A stretch of 64,000 bases of DNA from a virus. Position 1 is the stretch's first letter; every line of letters begins with the position of its first letter. The stretch covers positions 32,001-96,000 of IMG/VR virus record IMGVR_UViG_3300016476_001169; one strand, written 5' to 3'. The notes below the pieces were generated by a model that saw only the letters and a program-made list of their open reading frames with translations, was not told the origin of the DNA and made no database searches. Below, piece after piece: positions 52,069 through 60,402 of this stretch. A program made the position numbers and the translations under genes.

Positions 52069-52389
52069 ATTTAAAATAAATTGGGGCCCAAATTGTGATT
52101 TAAAATGGGAGTTTAAAAAATAAAAATAAGGGGCCACCGCGTTCGATGGGAGTCACAAAAAAATGGGGGTGAGGAAACCCCCTTCCTTATGGTACCTAAA
52201 TTAAGACATACCCCCCCCTGTTTTTCTATACAAAACGCTATAGTATGTAGTATGTATGCTTATACTTATAGTATTGTAATGTATTGTATGTATTAATGCT
52301 TTATGATGTATGATGTATTGATCTAATAGCGCATAGATCTATCTGCTGGGATTTTTATCTTAAAAGATTATAGTTTATTCTATAATAGT

Positions 52390-52638
52390 ATGAACTTCGA
52401 TTACCAAACCCTGACGACGATTCTGCTCACCGCTGTGCTTTGCTCCATCACTTTCTATGTGTTGATAGCGGGTTTCGATTGGAAACCAAAACACGCAGTA
52501 TTCGCTTCGCTCTTTGCACCAGCTGTCGTGCCAGTTTTCATGACCTGCCTTGCAATCTACATCATTGGCGACACGCTTCGTTCATTCTGCAACTATGCAA
52601 TCAATCTGGGTTCACCAAAGCAGGTTCGTCGGGCGTAG
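52390..52638 (+). CDS. array gene: two-TM membrane protein
   Basis: ATG fused to module; two hydrophobic helices. Confidence 0.7.
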   Translation: MNFDYQTLTTILLTAVLCSITFYVLIAGFDWKPKHAVFASLFAPAVVPVFMTCLAIYIIGDTLRSFCNYAINLGSPKQVRRA

Positions 52639-52724
52639 GGATTATACCATAATTTACACTTTGTAGATTATGGGCTAGGCCCCCTTTTTTATATTAAATT
52701 CTGCTTATTGGGTTCTATAATAGT

Positions 52725-52820
52725 ATGCAAAAACACTTTACCACCATCATTGATTCTGCTTTCCTTTTTGTTATGGTTTGTTGGATAGGTGCATTTATGG
52801 AGTGGGTATTATCATTATAA
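52725..52820 (+). CDS. array gene: 31-aa single-TM peptide
   Basis: MQKHFTTIIDSAFLFVMVCWIGAFMEWVLSL exactly fills the space between two modules. Confidence 0.6.
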   Translation: MQKHFTTIIDSAFLFVMVCWIGAFMEWVLSL

Positions 52821-52886
52821 CCCTTTGTGGGTTCTGGCTCATCGGGGGATTTTATCTTAAAACTTATTAATGGGTTCTATAATAGT

Positions 52887-53015
52887 ATGAGAATCAGCAA
52901 TCGTACAATCAACAATGGTCGCCAACTTGTTCTGCAGACTCGCCGGAACTGCTGGGTAGTCACTTTGCGTCCACATCGTCTGCTCTTTGCACATCGTTCC
53001 CAATCATCGTTCTAG
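52887..53015 (+). CDS. array gene: 42-aa basic peptide (family A)
   Basis: MRISNRTINNGRQLVLQTRRNCWVVTLRPHRLLFAHR; paralog at 53827. Confidence 0.7.
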   Translation: MRISNRTINNGRQLVLQTRRNCWVVTLRPHRLLFAHRSQSSF

Positions 53016-53053
53016 TTTTATCTTAAAAGATTATTGTAGGAGTCTATAATAGT

Positions 53054-53128
53054 ATGGAAATCATCATCGCAGACACTCTCGCCGTTGTTGTTCTTGTTTT
53101 CGGTCTTATCTTCGGTAAGTCCAAGTAA
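53054..53128 (+). CDS. array gene: 24-aa TM peptide (family B)
   Basis: MEIIIADTLAVVVLVFGLIFGKSK; paralog at 53753. Confidence 0.65.
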   Translation: MEIIIADTLAVVVLVFGLIFGKSK

Positions 53129-53164
53129 ACATCTTAAAAACTGAATATAGGATTCTATAATAGT

Positions 53165-53287
53165 ATGATTACAATCAATAAAGCATCTCATGGTGGTTAC
53201 AACGTTTCGCTCGATGGAACTTTTCTAGCATGGTTCCCAAAAATCAAAACCGCTCGCGACTTTGCGAAGGGTAGGCTTTTTCACTAA
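53165..53287 (+). CDS. array gene: 40-aa protein (family C)
   Basis: MITINKASHGGYNVSLDGTFLAWF; paralogs at 57231 and 58342. Confidence 0.7.
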   Translation: MITINKASHGGYNVSLDGTFLAWFPKIKTARDFAKGRLFH

Positions 53288-53289
53288 GC

Positions 53290-53352
53290 CTTTGTAGGCT
53301 TTGGGGCGTTGCTGGTTTTATCTTAAAAAGTGTTATTGGGTTCTATAATAGT
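53290..53352 (+). promoter_or_regulatory. representative full module (upstream arm + GC core + promoter-like element for a leaderless gene)
   Basis: CTTTGTAGGCTTTGG-GGCGTTGCTGG-TTTTATCTTAA-17 nt-TATAAT-AGT-ATG. Confidence 0.75.
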
Positions 53353-53682
53353 ATGAAAAACTTTGAAACTGTTGTGGTTCGTGGCATTGCCACTTTCAAC
53401 TTTGAACTGATGCTTGATTCTGATACTTTTGAGAATGTGTGCAATGAACTTGATTTGAATGCGGAAGATTATCGCACATTCACTGAAGAGCAATGGCTCA
53501 AGGTTCGTAAGAATCTCAAAGATACTACTTTTGACAACGAAGAACACATTGAAGTTGTAGATTTGTATGATGCTTCACGTATTTCAGTTGATGAAGTGAC
53601 TCTACAAACTGACTTTAATGACATTTCAGTTATCACTTATGAGATTGGTGATAAAGTTCATTCAATCGAACTAGATGTATAA
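53353..53682 (+). CDS. array gene: acidic hypothetical protein
   Basis: ATG fused to module. Confidence 0.75.
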   Translation: MKNFETVVVRGIATFNFELMLDSDTFENVCNELDLNAEDYRTFTEEQWLKVRKNLKDTTFDNEEHIEVVDLYDASRISVDEVTLQTDFNDISVITYEIGDKVHSIELDV

Positions 53683-53752
53683 AGTAACACTTTGTACATC
53701 TTGGGGCGGCCCCATTTTTATCTTAAAAGAAGAAAGTTTATTCTATAATAGT

Positions 53753-53827
53753 ATGGAAATCATTCTCTCAACCTTAGTTGTCGCCGCTGTTGTTGTTATC
53801 GTTCTTGGACTCATTGCGAGCAAGTAA
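53753..53827 (+). CDS. array gene: 24-aa TM peptide (family B)
   Basis: MEIILSTLVVAAVVVIVLGLIASK. Confidence 0.65.
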   Translation: MEIILSTLVVAAVVVIVLGLIASK

Positions 53828-53967
53828 TGAAACTGAGTCACCGCTTAATCAATAATGGGCGTCAGTTTATCTTTCAGAATCATACTGATTGCTGGGTTTT
53901 GACAATCAAGCCACACAGACTTTTAATAGCACATAGATTCCAGCCGCTTTGGACTTGGAATCATTAA
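53827..53967 (+). CDS. array gene: 46-aa basic peptide (family A), translationally coupled
   Basis: TAATG overlap; MKLSHRLINNGRQFIFQNHTDCWVLTIKPHRLLIAHR. Confidence 0.7.
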   Translation: MKLSHRLINNGRQFIFQNHTDCWVLTIKPHRLLIAHRFQPLWTWNH

Positions 53968-54033
53968 GTCTTTGTAGGCTTTGGGCTTAGGGGCGAAAAT
54001 ATCTTAAAAACAAAAGGGGGCTTCTATAATAGT

Positions 54034-54285
54034 ATGAACGAATATCCTGGTTACAAGAATCGCGCCACTTGGGTTGCAAGCGTCTGCCTCGGTGAATCAA
54101 TCAATCAACTTCGTGCTGATTATCCTGAGATGACAATCTTGGATGTAAAGACAGAATGTCTTGAGTTTCTACTCAATCATTCTAATCACAAGTTTGTCAA
54201 TCAGTTTCTCCATGTGGTTGCTGATGAGATTGATTGGGAGTTTCTCTACAATGACAATCTTAAAAGCCAACTTGCAAAGGTTTAA
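54034..54285 (+). CDS. array gene: YxGYxNxATW-family protein (family D)
   Basis: YPGYKNRATW; paralog at 58558. Confidence 0.75.
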   Translation: MNEYPGYKNRATWVASVCLGESINQLRADYPEMTILDVKTECLEFLLNHSNHKFVNQFLHVVADEIDWEFLYNDNLKSQLAKV

Positions 54286-54371
54286 GCCTTTGTAAGTTTT
54301 GGGGCAATGGGGGCCAGATCTTTGGCCCCCTTATTTTTATATTAAAAAATCATAATAAGTTCTATAATAGT

Positions 54372-54503
54372 ATGCAAGACACATTTAATGACAACTTCGA
54401 CATCGCCGCGCTCACCGTTGCTTTTGCCAACCAGGACACAGATTATGACGCACAACCTTTTCATCTTGATGTAGTTGATTACAACCATGCTTGCCGCTTT
54501 TAG
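54372..54503 (+). CDS. array gene: 43-aa acidic peptide
   Basis: MQDTFNDNFDIAALTVAF...; followed by hairpin CAACCATGC..GCATGGTTG. Confidence 0.55.
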   Translation: MQDTFNDNFDIAALTVAFANQDTDYDAQPFHLDVVDYNHACRF

Positions 54504-54585
54504 CGCGGCATGGTTGCAGGTTTAATTATGTTTTGATGTTAATAAATTTTTATCCTTAAAAATAAAAATGGGGCTCTATAGTATT

Positions 54586-54771
54586 ATGAACTTCGCAGAC
54601 TTTCTTTTGTCATCTGGCGTCAGTATTATTGACGGTGCATTCTCAGCTAATGGTATGAAGTATTTTTTCATCAACAATGATGTATTTAGAGTTAGTCAAA
54701 TCGGTTCTATTATTCGTGAGTTTAAAGTATCCCAATCAGAGATTAATGCAATCATTTTGTCTTTGAGATAA
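54586..54771 (+). CDS. array gene: hypothetical protein
   Basis: start reassigned to the ATG after a degenerate module (CTATAGTATT-ATG). Confidence 0.6.
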   Translation: MNFADFLLSSGVSIIDGAFSANGMKYFFINNDVFRVSQIGSIIREFKVSQSEINAIILSLR

Positions 54772-54836
54772 GTCTTTGTAGACTTTGGGGGCCTGGTGAT
54801 TTTATCTTAAAAACTATTATTGGATTCTATAATAGT

Positions 54837-55193
54837 ATGAATACTATTGGAAACTACAACCTAGAACACACCATTTACCGCTTCTTGCCAGTGACTCATG
54901 TCAAGTCCTTGGAGCGATTCCTTGAGCAGGGTATTCATCCCGGTGATTTCATGGCTCGTGTGCTTGAGAATAATCTTGTTGGTGCTGTTGCCAACGGAGA
55001 TGAAAACTCCAAGCAACATCTTTGCGACTTGGTTATGTTTATCCATAACCACTTGCCAGGTCGGTTCCTCAAGCCGGGTTGTGTCGATGATTTTATCAAT
55101 GGCACTGTCCGATACACTGTAACCGAGGGTGGTTACTGTGACTGGATTGAAACTGACCCTATCAAACAAAAGTATATTTCTGCAGAGAATTAA
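54837..55193 (+). CDS. array gene: hypothetical phage protein
   Basis: ATG fused to module; GIHPGDFM..VLENNL motif. Confidence 0.75.
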   Translation: MNTIGNYNLEHTIYRFLPVTHVKSLERFLEQGIHPGDFMARVLENNLVGAVANGDENSKQHLCDLVMFIHNHLPGRFLKPGCVDDFINGTVRYTVTEGGYCDWIETDPIKQKYISAEN

Positions 55194-55258
55194 ACCTTTG
55201 TAGATTTTGGGGTACCCCCGCTTTTGTCTTAAAAAGTGCTTTTGGATTCTATAGTAGT

Positions 55259-55540
55259 ATGGAAACTTCTGAAGACTTCAATGGCAACCCCGTATCTGGT
55301 TTGTATGCGAACATGAGCGATGCGCTTCATTTGGAGATATCAGCGATGTGCAAGCAGCATGGCTGGCGCTTATCAGTGACTCACGGTGACGAACACGCCG
55401 AGTATGGCTTCTGGACAGTTTGGAGTGATGAGTTTGGGCTGATATGCAACGAAGTCAGCAGGTCGCATTGTTATTACATCCTCAAGGGTGTCACCATAGG
55501 TTTGATGATGCACAAGGCAAAAGAAAACCAATTTGTGTAA
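55259..55540 (+). CDS. array gene: hypothetical protein
   Basis: ATG fused to module. Confidence 0.7.
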   Translation: METSEDFNGNPVSGLYANMSDALHLEISAMCKQHGWRLSVTHGDEHAEYGFWTVWSDEFGLICNEVSRSHCYYILKGVTIGLMMHKAKENQFV

Positions 55541-55612
55541 ACCTTTGTAGGTTTTGGGGTGTCGGGCCCCAAAAATTTTATCTTAAAATATCCTGCATGG
55601 TTCTATAATAGT

Positions 55613-55891
55613 ATGAAAACATTCATTATCAAAAACGTGCTGGTTGAGTCGAAGTTGCCCGGTCTGGGTTCTGTCAAGAGTAAGACTGTCAATACGATGG
55701 TTCCACCCTGTGATTGGGAGCAGTTGAATACTCACCTTTTTGAGATGTTCAAGGGGTTCCTTGAAAACTTTACTGATGTAAAGTTTGATTCTCTGGTGAT
55801 GTCTTTTGAGTATTCTGACTCTGAGACACCTGACTTGATTCATCAAGTCGACCATGGTTTTGATTCTGAAGGTGATATCTACTGTTGCTAG
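55613..55891 (+). CDS. array gene: hypothetical protein
   Basis: start reassigned to MKTFII directly after module. Confidence 0.7.
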   Translation: MKTFIIKNVLVESKLPGLGSVKSKTVNTMVPPCDWEQLNTHLFEMFKGFLENFTDVKFDSLVMSFEYSDSETPDLIHQVDHGFDSEGDIYCC

Positions 55892-55970
55892 GTATCACCT
55901 TTTAACCTTTTGTAGGTTTTGGGCCGCCCCCGCTTTTGTCTTAAAAAGTGCTATTGGATTCTATAGTAGT

Positions 55971-56207
55971 ATGAAAGACCTCATTTTCCAAGACGACATC
56001 TACTTCACCCTCACTGCCGAGCAAGCCGAATGGGCTGTCGCTTCGTGGACTAAGGTTCTCCTCCATCGGGGTATGATACCCGGTCGCATTCCTTCTGAGA
56101 GTGAAATCTCCCGATTCAAAACGGCGATTCCGGGAGTTCTCAACGGCTCCCCGCAGGAAGACCTCGGTTACATCCTGCATTCGGCTTCTAAGGTGCATTG
56201 GGATTAA
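55971..56207 (+). CDS. array gene: hypothetical protein
   Basis: start reassigned to MKDLIF. Confidence 0.7.
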   Translation: MKDLIFQDDIYFTLTAEQAEWAVASWTKVLLHRGMIPGRIPSESEISRFKTAIPGVLNGSPQEDLGYILHSASKVHWD

Positions 56208-56274
56208 CCCTTTGTAGACTTTGGCCTGTCGGGCGGGATCCATCTTAAAAAGGGGCATAGGATTCTATAATAGT

Positions 56275-56469
56275 ATGAAAAACTTTCCACTTATCACCAA
56301 GTACATTGATGAAATCGGCATTGACGTAAACCAGTCAGAACGCCTGTTTCTCAGCATTCTTGAAGACCGCCTTTCAGATGTTGAGAATGGCAGATGCACT
56401 GTTGATGATGCAGTGGGAGAAGCCTACGACTTCTACGCTGAGGCAATGAATAGTTGTGACGACTATTAG
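56275..56469 (+). CDS. array gene: acidic hypothetical protein
   Basis: start reassigned to MKNFPL. Confidence 0.7.
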   Translation: MKNFPLITKYIDEIGIDVNQSERLFLSILEDRLSDVENGRCTVDDAVGEAYDFYAEAMNSCDDY

Positions 56470-56535
56470 TCCTTTGTAGGCTTTGGGGGACTCCCGGGAT
56501 TTATCTTAAAAACTATTATTGGATTCTATAGTAGT

Positions 56536-56769
56536 ATGGAAACCTCTTCATTCACCTTCATCAACATCTGCGACCTCTCCCGCCAACTCATGCCGGAACA
56601 AAAAACCATTGCGGATTTTTACACCGCATACAACCTTGTGCAGGAGTGGGTCAAAAACAATGATGCCGTGATGTACGAGCATGAGAAGTACCACTTCTCA
56701 CGTTACGAGGCGATGGAACTCGCCACTGCGGCGGGTGTCAAAACAATCGTGGTACACGATTGTTCCTAA
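56536..56769 (+). CDS. array gene: hypothetical protein
   Basis: ATG fused to module. Confidence 0.7.
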   Translation: METSSFTFINICDLSRQLMPEQKTIADFYTAYNLVQEWVKNNDAVMYEHEKYHFSRYEAMELATAAGVKTIVVHDCS

Positions 56770-56904
56770 GACTTTGTAGGTTTTGGGGCGTCGCCTTTAC
56801 TAAATAAGCTAAAGAAAACATAATTTAGCAAAGGATTTAGTAAAGGATTTAGTAAAGGGCCCCCTATTTTTATCTTAAAACTTATTAAACTGTTCTATAA
56901 TAGT

Positions 56905-57159
56905 ATGAACTTTCACTCAATCAAATCAATCGTCGCCGCATCGGACATCGCCTTTTCGCTTGATACCTCGCTGGATGATTTTCTGAACGAATCTGACAAG
57001 TGGACTTTTGGAGACGCTCCTCATGTGCTTGTCAAGCCTTTTGTTTTTGAGCGGGCGTTTTATGACTACTTTGGCGACCAGGATGATGTTGTCGCAAAGT
57101 TCAAGCCGCTTTTCAATGAGATTTTGGAAGCCGAAGCCATGATTGATGTTGCACAATAG
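56905..57159 (+). CDS. array gene: acidic hypothetical protein
   Basis: ATG fused to module. Confidence 0.7.
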   Translation: MNFHSIKSIVAASDIAFSLDTSLDDFLNESDKWTFGDAPHVLVKPFVFERAFYDYFGDQDDVVAKFKPLFNEILEAEAMIDVAQ

Positions 57160-57230
57160 GCTTAAGCCTTTGTGCATTCTGGCCAGTCCCCGGTTTTATC
57201 TTAAAAAGTGTCATTGGGTTCTATAATAGT

Positions 57231-57368
57231 ATGAGTTATACAATCCAACAATGCAATACAGGTGGTTTCAACGTTCTTTGTGACGGTCAAGTTATCGGAT
57301 GGTGTCTCGCACCATGGCAATCACGAACTGTGATTAAAAAGCACATTGATGCTAATCCACTCCCTTAG
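57231..57368 (+). CDS. array gene: 45-aa protein (family C)
   Basis: MSYTIQQCNTGGFNVLCDGQVIGW. Confidence 0.7.
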   Translation: MSYTIQQCNTGGFNVLCDGQVIGWCLAPWQSRTVIKKHIDANPLP

Positions 57369-57409
57369 TTAGTTTTCTCTTAAATAACTTTATTGGAATC
57401 TATAATAGT

Positions 57410-57547
57410 ATGAACATTCAAGACATTATTGCCATCATCTTTTTTATACCTGTTGGTTTTGTGGCTATTACGTCAGCAGTATGTTTGCTTTGTATGCCTT
57501 TTCATTATCTTTCAGATTATATTCATTTAAGAAGTAAGACTTTGTAA
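57410..57547 (+). CDS. array gene: 45-aa TM peptide
   Basis: MNIQDIIAIIFFIPVGFVAITSAVCLLCMPF. Confidence 0.6.
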   Translation: MNIQDIIAIIFFIPVGFVAITSAVCLLCMPFHYLSDYIHLRSKTL

Positions 57548-57620
57548 ATTTTGGGGGCATGGGCGGTTTTATCTTAAATCATTGTTGTTAGGTTCTATAG
57601 TAGTATAAGAGGTGAAGCAA

Positions 57621-57851
57621 ATGACAGGACTTGAAGCACTGGATTTATTGAGAAAAGGTAATGTCAAAGTTAAGCGTTCTGAATGGCACAAGGATGAATA
57701 CTTGGAGACTTTTGATGGTAAAGATGTATATCCTTCCACAGAGTATGACCGCGAGCGTGGTGACAAATGCCATTATCCAAGTGATGCTCAAAGCTTAACA
57801 ATGAACATATTAGATGATTTTCTTAAAGATGACTGGGAGGTAGTAAAATGA
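57621..57851 (+). CDS. array gene: DUF2829/Tad2-like protein (leadered, has SD)
   Basis: MTGLEALDLLRKG..KVKRSEW...DFLKDDWEVV; module ends AGT-ATAAGAGGTG (SD) before the ATG. Confidence 0.65.
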   Translation: MTGLEALDLLRKGNVKVKRSEWHKDEYLETFDGKDVYPSTEYDRERGDKCHYPSDAQSLTMNILDDFLKDDWEVVK

Positions 57852-57932
57852 GAGGTACAAGGTTAACCCTTTGTACCTTTTGGCGTATCCCCGGTTTCTT
57901 CTTAAAAATCTGCCATTATGTTCTATAGTAGT

Positions 57933-58091
57933 ATGAAATCAATGACAATCACGAGGCGCGACATCGAGAAGGCGCGCAAAAACAACCCTTCTACCATTCC
58001 TGCATCTGAGCGTCCTTGGGCGCGCCCAACTGTATACAAGTCGGGGCGTGAATATCAACGCAACGCAAAGCATCGGAACCGAGAAGAATAA
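57933..58091 (+). CDS. array gene: 52-aa basic peptide with ArfA-like C-terminal motif
   Basis: ...RPTVYKSGREYQRNAKHR. Confidence 0.6.
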   Translation: MKSMTITRRDIEKARKNNPSTIPASERPWARPTVYKSGREYQRNAKHRNREE

Positions 58092-58156
58092 TACTTTGTA
58101 GGTTTTGAGGGGCCCCATTTTTTATCTTAAAAACTATTATTAGATTCTATAGTAGT

Positions 58157-58339
58157 ATGGAAAACAAAGTTGTCACGGACTGGAACGCAGTCGCCCCTTC
58201 TGCTCATGGTACTCTTGTTGGTCTCAAGTTGATTCTTACGGGACTTGAGAATCATGATTATCCTGTGAATGTTCTCAAAAAAGTGCTGGAAGGTTATGAA
58301 AAGCAGATTGCAGAATACCTTGCAGAAAAGAAAGATTAA
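58157..58339 (+). CDS. array gene: hypothetical protein
   Basis: ATG fused to module. Confidence 0.7.
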   Translation: MENKVVTDWNAVAPSAHGTLVGLKLILTGLENHDYPVNVLKKVLEGYEKQIAEYLAEKKD

Positions 58340-58341
58340 TC

Positions 58342-58491
58342 ATGGAAGATTTTAATGTAGAAATCCGACCTTCCGCCCGTGGTGGTTGGAATCTTTATAT
58401 CGATGGTGATTTTTGTGGCTATGACAAGTCCAAGAAAGTTCTAAAAGAACTTGCACAAGAAATGATTAAGAATGAGCATGGACTTTATTAA
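58342..58491 (+). CDS. array gene: 49-aa protein (family C), second gene of its cassette
   Basis: MEDFNVEIRPSARGGWNLYIDGDFCGY. Confidence 0.65.
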   Translation: MEDFNVEIRPSARGGWNLYIDGDFCGYDKSKKVLKELAQEMIKNEHGLY

Positions 58492-58557
58492 GTCTTTGTA
58501 AATTCTGGCCCGCAGGGCGGTTTTATCTTAAAACCTATTATTGGATTCTATAATAGT

Positions 58558-58788
58558 ATGAATAATGCAACCTATAACGGCTATGCCAACTACGCTACTT
58601 GGAACGTCTCAGCATACATTACCAATGACGAAGGTTTGTATAACTTGGTAAAGCGTTATGACACTTGGGATAAGTGTAAAGAAGCGTTGATTATGTGTGG
58701 TGTAACCCAAACCTGTGATGACATCTCTTTTGATGACCCAGATTTGGACACAAACGAACTTGATGAGATGCTGGCAGAACTTTCATAA
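58558..58788 (+). CDS. array gene: YNGYxNYATW-family protein (family D)
   Basis: YNGYANYATWNV...NDEGLY. Confidence 0.75.
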   Translation: MNNATYNGYANYATWNVSAYITNDEGLYNLVKRYDTWDKCKEALIMCGVTQTCDDISFDDPDLDTNELDEMLAELS

Positions 58789-58871
58789 GTTGCCAGCATT
58801 TTTTAGGCTTTGTAAATTCTGACCCACTGGGCGGTTTTATCTTAAAAAAGATTATTATTCCCTATAATAGT

Positions 58872-59243
58872 ATGAATACTGCAATGAAAATCCAAATCCA
58901 TCCAAACGCTTGTGCTAACTACATCGCCCGTTGCTACCGTCACAATCGTCATTCGCAGAATATGCTTCACAATGCGGCTTTTGCTGATAAACTTCGCAAG
59001 GTTCAGGGTCAATGGTTGGAAGTTGACACCGAGCATCTTTTCGCAGACCAGTTTAATACTGTGCCTATTGAAGGTGTAACAGAGAATGGATTGCGTGTAA
59101 TGCAGTCAGATGTTGTTTCAATCGTTAATGATGTGCGTAATAATGTCGTAAAGTGTCAATGGTGCTACGGTTACGACAAAGATAATGATGGAAAGTGCGA
59201 TAAATGCGGAAAAGATGACTATTTATCGCCTTTAATGCCATAA
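58872..59243 (+). CDS. array gene: protein with C-terminal zinc ribbon
   Basis: CQWC...CDKC. Confidence 0.75.
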   Translation: MNTAMKIQIHPNACANYIARCYRHNRHSQNMLHNAAFADKLRKVQGQWLEVDTEHLFADQFNTVPIEGVTENGLRVMQSDVVSIVNDVRNNVVKCQWCYGYDKDNDGKCDKCGKDDYLSPLMP

Positions 59244-59315
59244 ATTAACACTTTGTGGCTTCTGACCCGCTGGGCGATTTTATCTTAAAAAGATTCTACT
59301 GCATTCTATAATAGT

Positions 59316-59555
59316 ATGAAAAGAATGACCATTGCCGAAGCGAAGCGTATCTGTTTGGAGCGAGATGGCTCCCTGCCGAGAATCGGCTACTCCCGTGACG
59401 TTGTGACTCGCGAAGAGCAGGTCGAAGTCACCAACTATTGTGAAGGTCCAAAGTTTTATCGGACTACCACAAAAGTCAACTATACACTCGTCAACGCAGG
59501 TGGTACTTTCAAAGTGCAAAAGTACACTCACCCTTCAGTTCCTCCACGGTATTAA
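59316..59555 (+). CDS. array gene: hypothetical protein
   Basis: ATG fused to module. Confidence 0.7.
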   Translation: MKRMTIAEAKRICLERDGSLPRIGYSRDVVTREEQVEVTNYCEGPKFYRTTTKVNYTLVNAGGTFKVQKYTHPSVPPRY

Positions 59556-59621
59556 TACTTTGTGGATTCTGGGACATCCCCCGGTTTTATCTTAAAAAGT
59601 ATTATTGGGTTCTATAATAGT

Positions 59622-60023
59622 ATGAACGAAATCTTTATTCTCCAGTCCTCCGAAGTCGATTCCCTTGGTGCTTGCTCCTACGGCACCCTCCGCTCTGTTG
59701 ACCTGTTGCCACGCTTGGCTAACTATCTCAGCATTGCCCTTGACACAATCGAGGTTCGCTTTGAGAATGCTGGTCAGGCTCTCAAAGACTTTGAGCAAGG
59801 TTTTGTTGCAGAATACCGCCACATTGTGGCAGATGCCGTTGAGTTTCACGAACTCAATGCAGATGAATACGGTAGTGCATACCCTGAATCTGCCGAGATG
59901 GATGCACAAGAGATTATTGTGTCATTGTTTGACGCTTTAGACCAACTTTCGCCTGATGGTCAATACTTTGGCTCACATCCCGGCGATGGTAGCGACTTTG
60001 GCTACTGGGAGAATGAGTTTTAA
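59622..60023 (+). CDS. array gene: acidic protein (GTLR..DL / YFGSHPGDGSDFGYW motif)
   Basis: start reassigned to MNEIFI. Confidence 0.75.
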   Translation: MNEIFILQSSEVDSLGACSYGTLRSVDLLPRLANYLSIALDTIEVRFENAGQALKDFEQGFVAEYRHIVADAVEFHELNADEYGSAYPESAEMDAQEIIVSLFDALDQLSPDGQYFGSHPGDGSDFGYWENEF

Positions 60024-60171
60024 TGTTAAATAACATAATAATGTGCACTATTATGTTATTATTCATCGCTTTTTACATCTATCTAGGTTTTATTATTAAA
60101 TATAAGACTTTGTAGATGTTGGCCAGGCCCCAATTTTTATCTTAAATATTATTATCGCATTCTATAATAGT

Positions 60172-60354
60172 ATGAATAATCCTAACATTCCTAAGTGTCC
60201 TGACCGTGTACCATTTAAGTCTCAAGGCGATTACGCCAATGTTCGTCCTACTAGGTTCAAGCCTGCTCCAGATGGTGATTGGGATGACGACCTCGACCCT
60301 GAAGATAGGGCTCGCATGATGGGTCGTGATTTCATGGGTCCAAGATGGCGATAA
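60172..60354 (+). CDS. array gene: hypothetical protein
   Basis: ATG fused to module. Confidence 0.65.
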   Translation: MNNPNIPKCPDRVPFKSQGDYANVRPTRFKPAPDGDWDDDLDPEDRARMMGRDFMGPRWR

Positions 60355-60402
60355 ACATCTTAAAATAACTTATTTATTTCTATACTAGTAAGGAAGAAAA
60401 CT

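Larger units (their letters stand above)
51646..52218 (+). repeat. three GGTACC(T)TAAATT...poly-C repeats
   Basis: copies at 51646, 51978 and 52191. Confidence 0.75.

Noticed and set aside
53323-59909. Antisense ORFs ending HTIIEPNNTF-like
   Set aside because: Shadow frames of array genes ending in the reverse complement of the module
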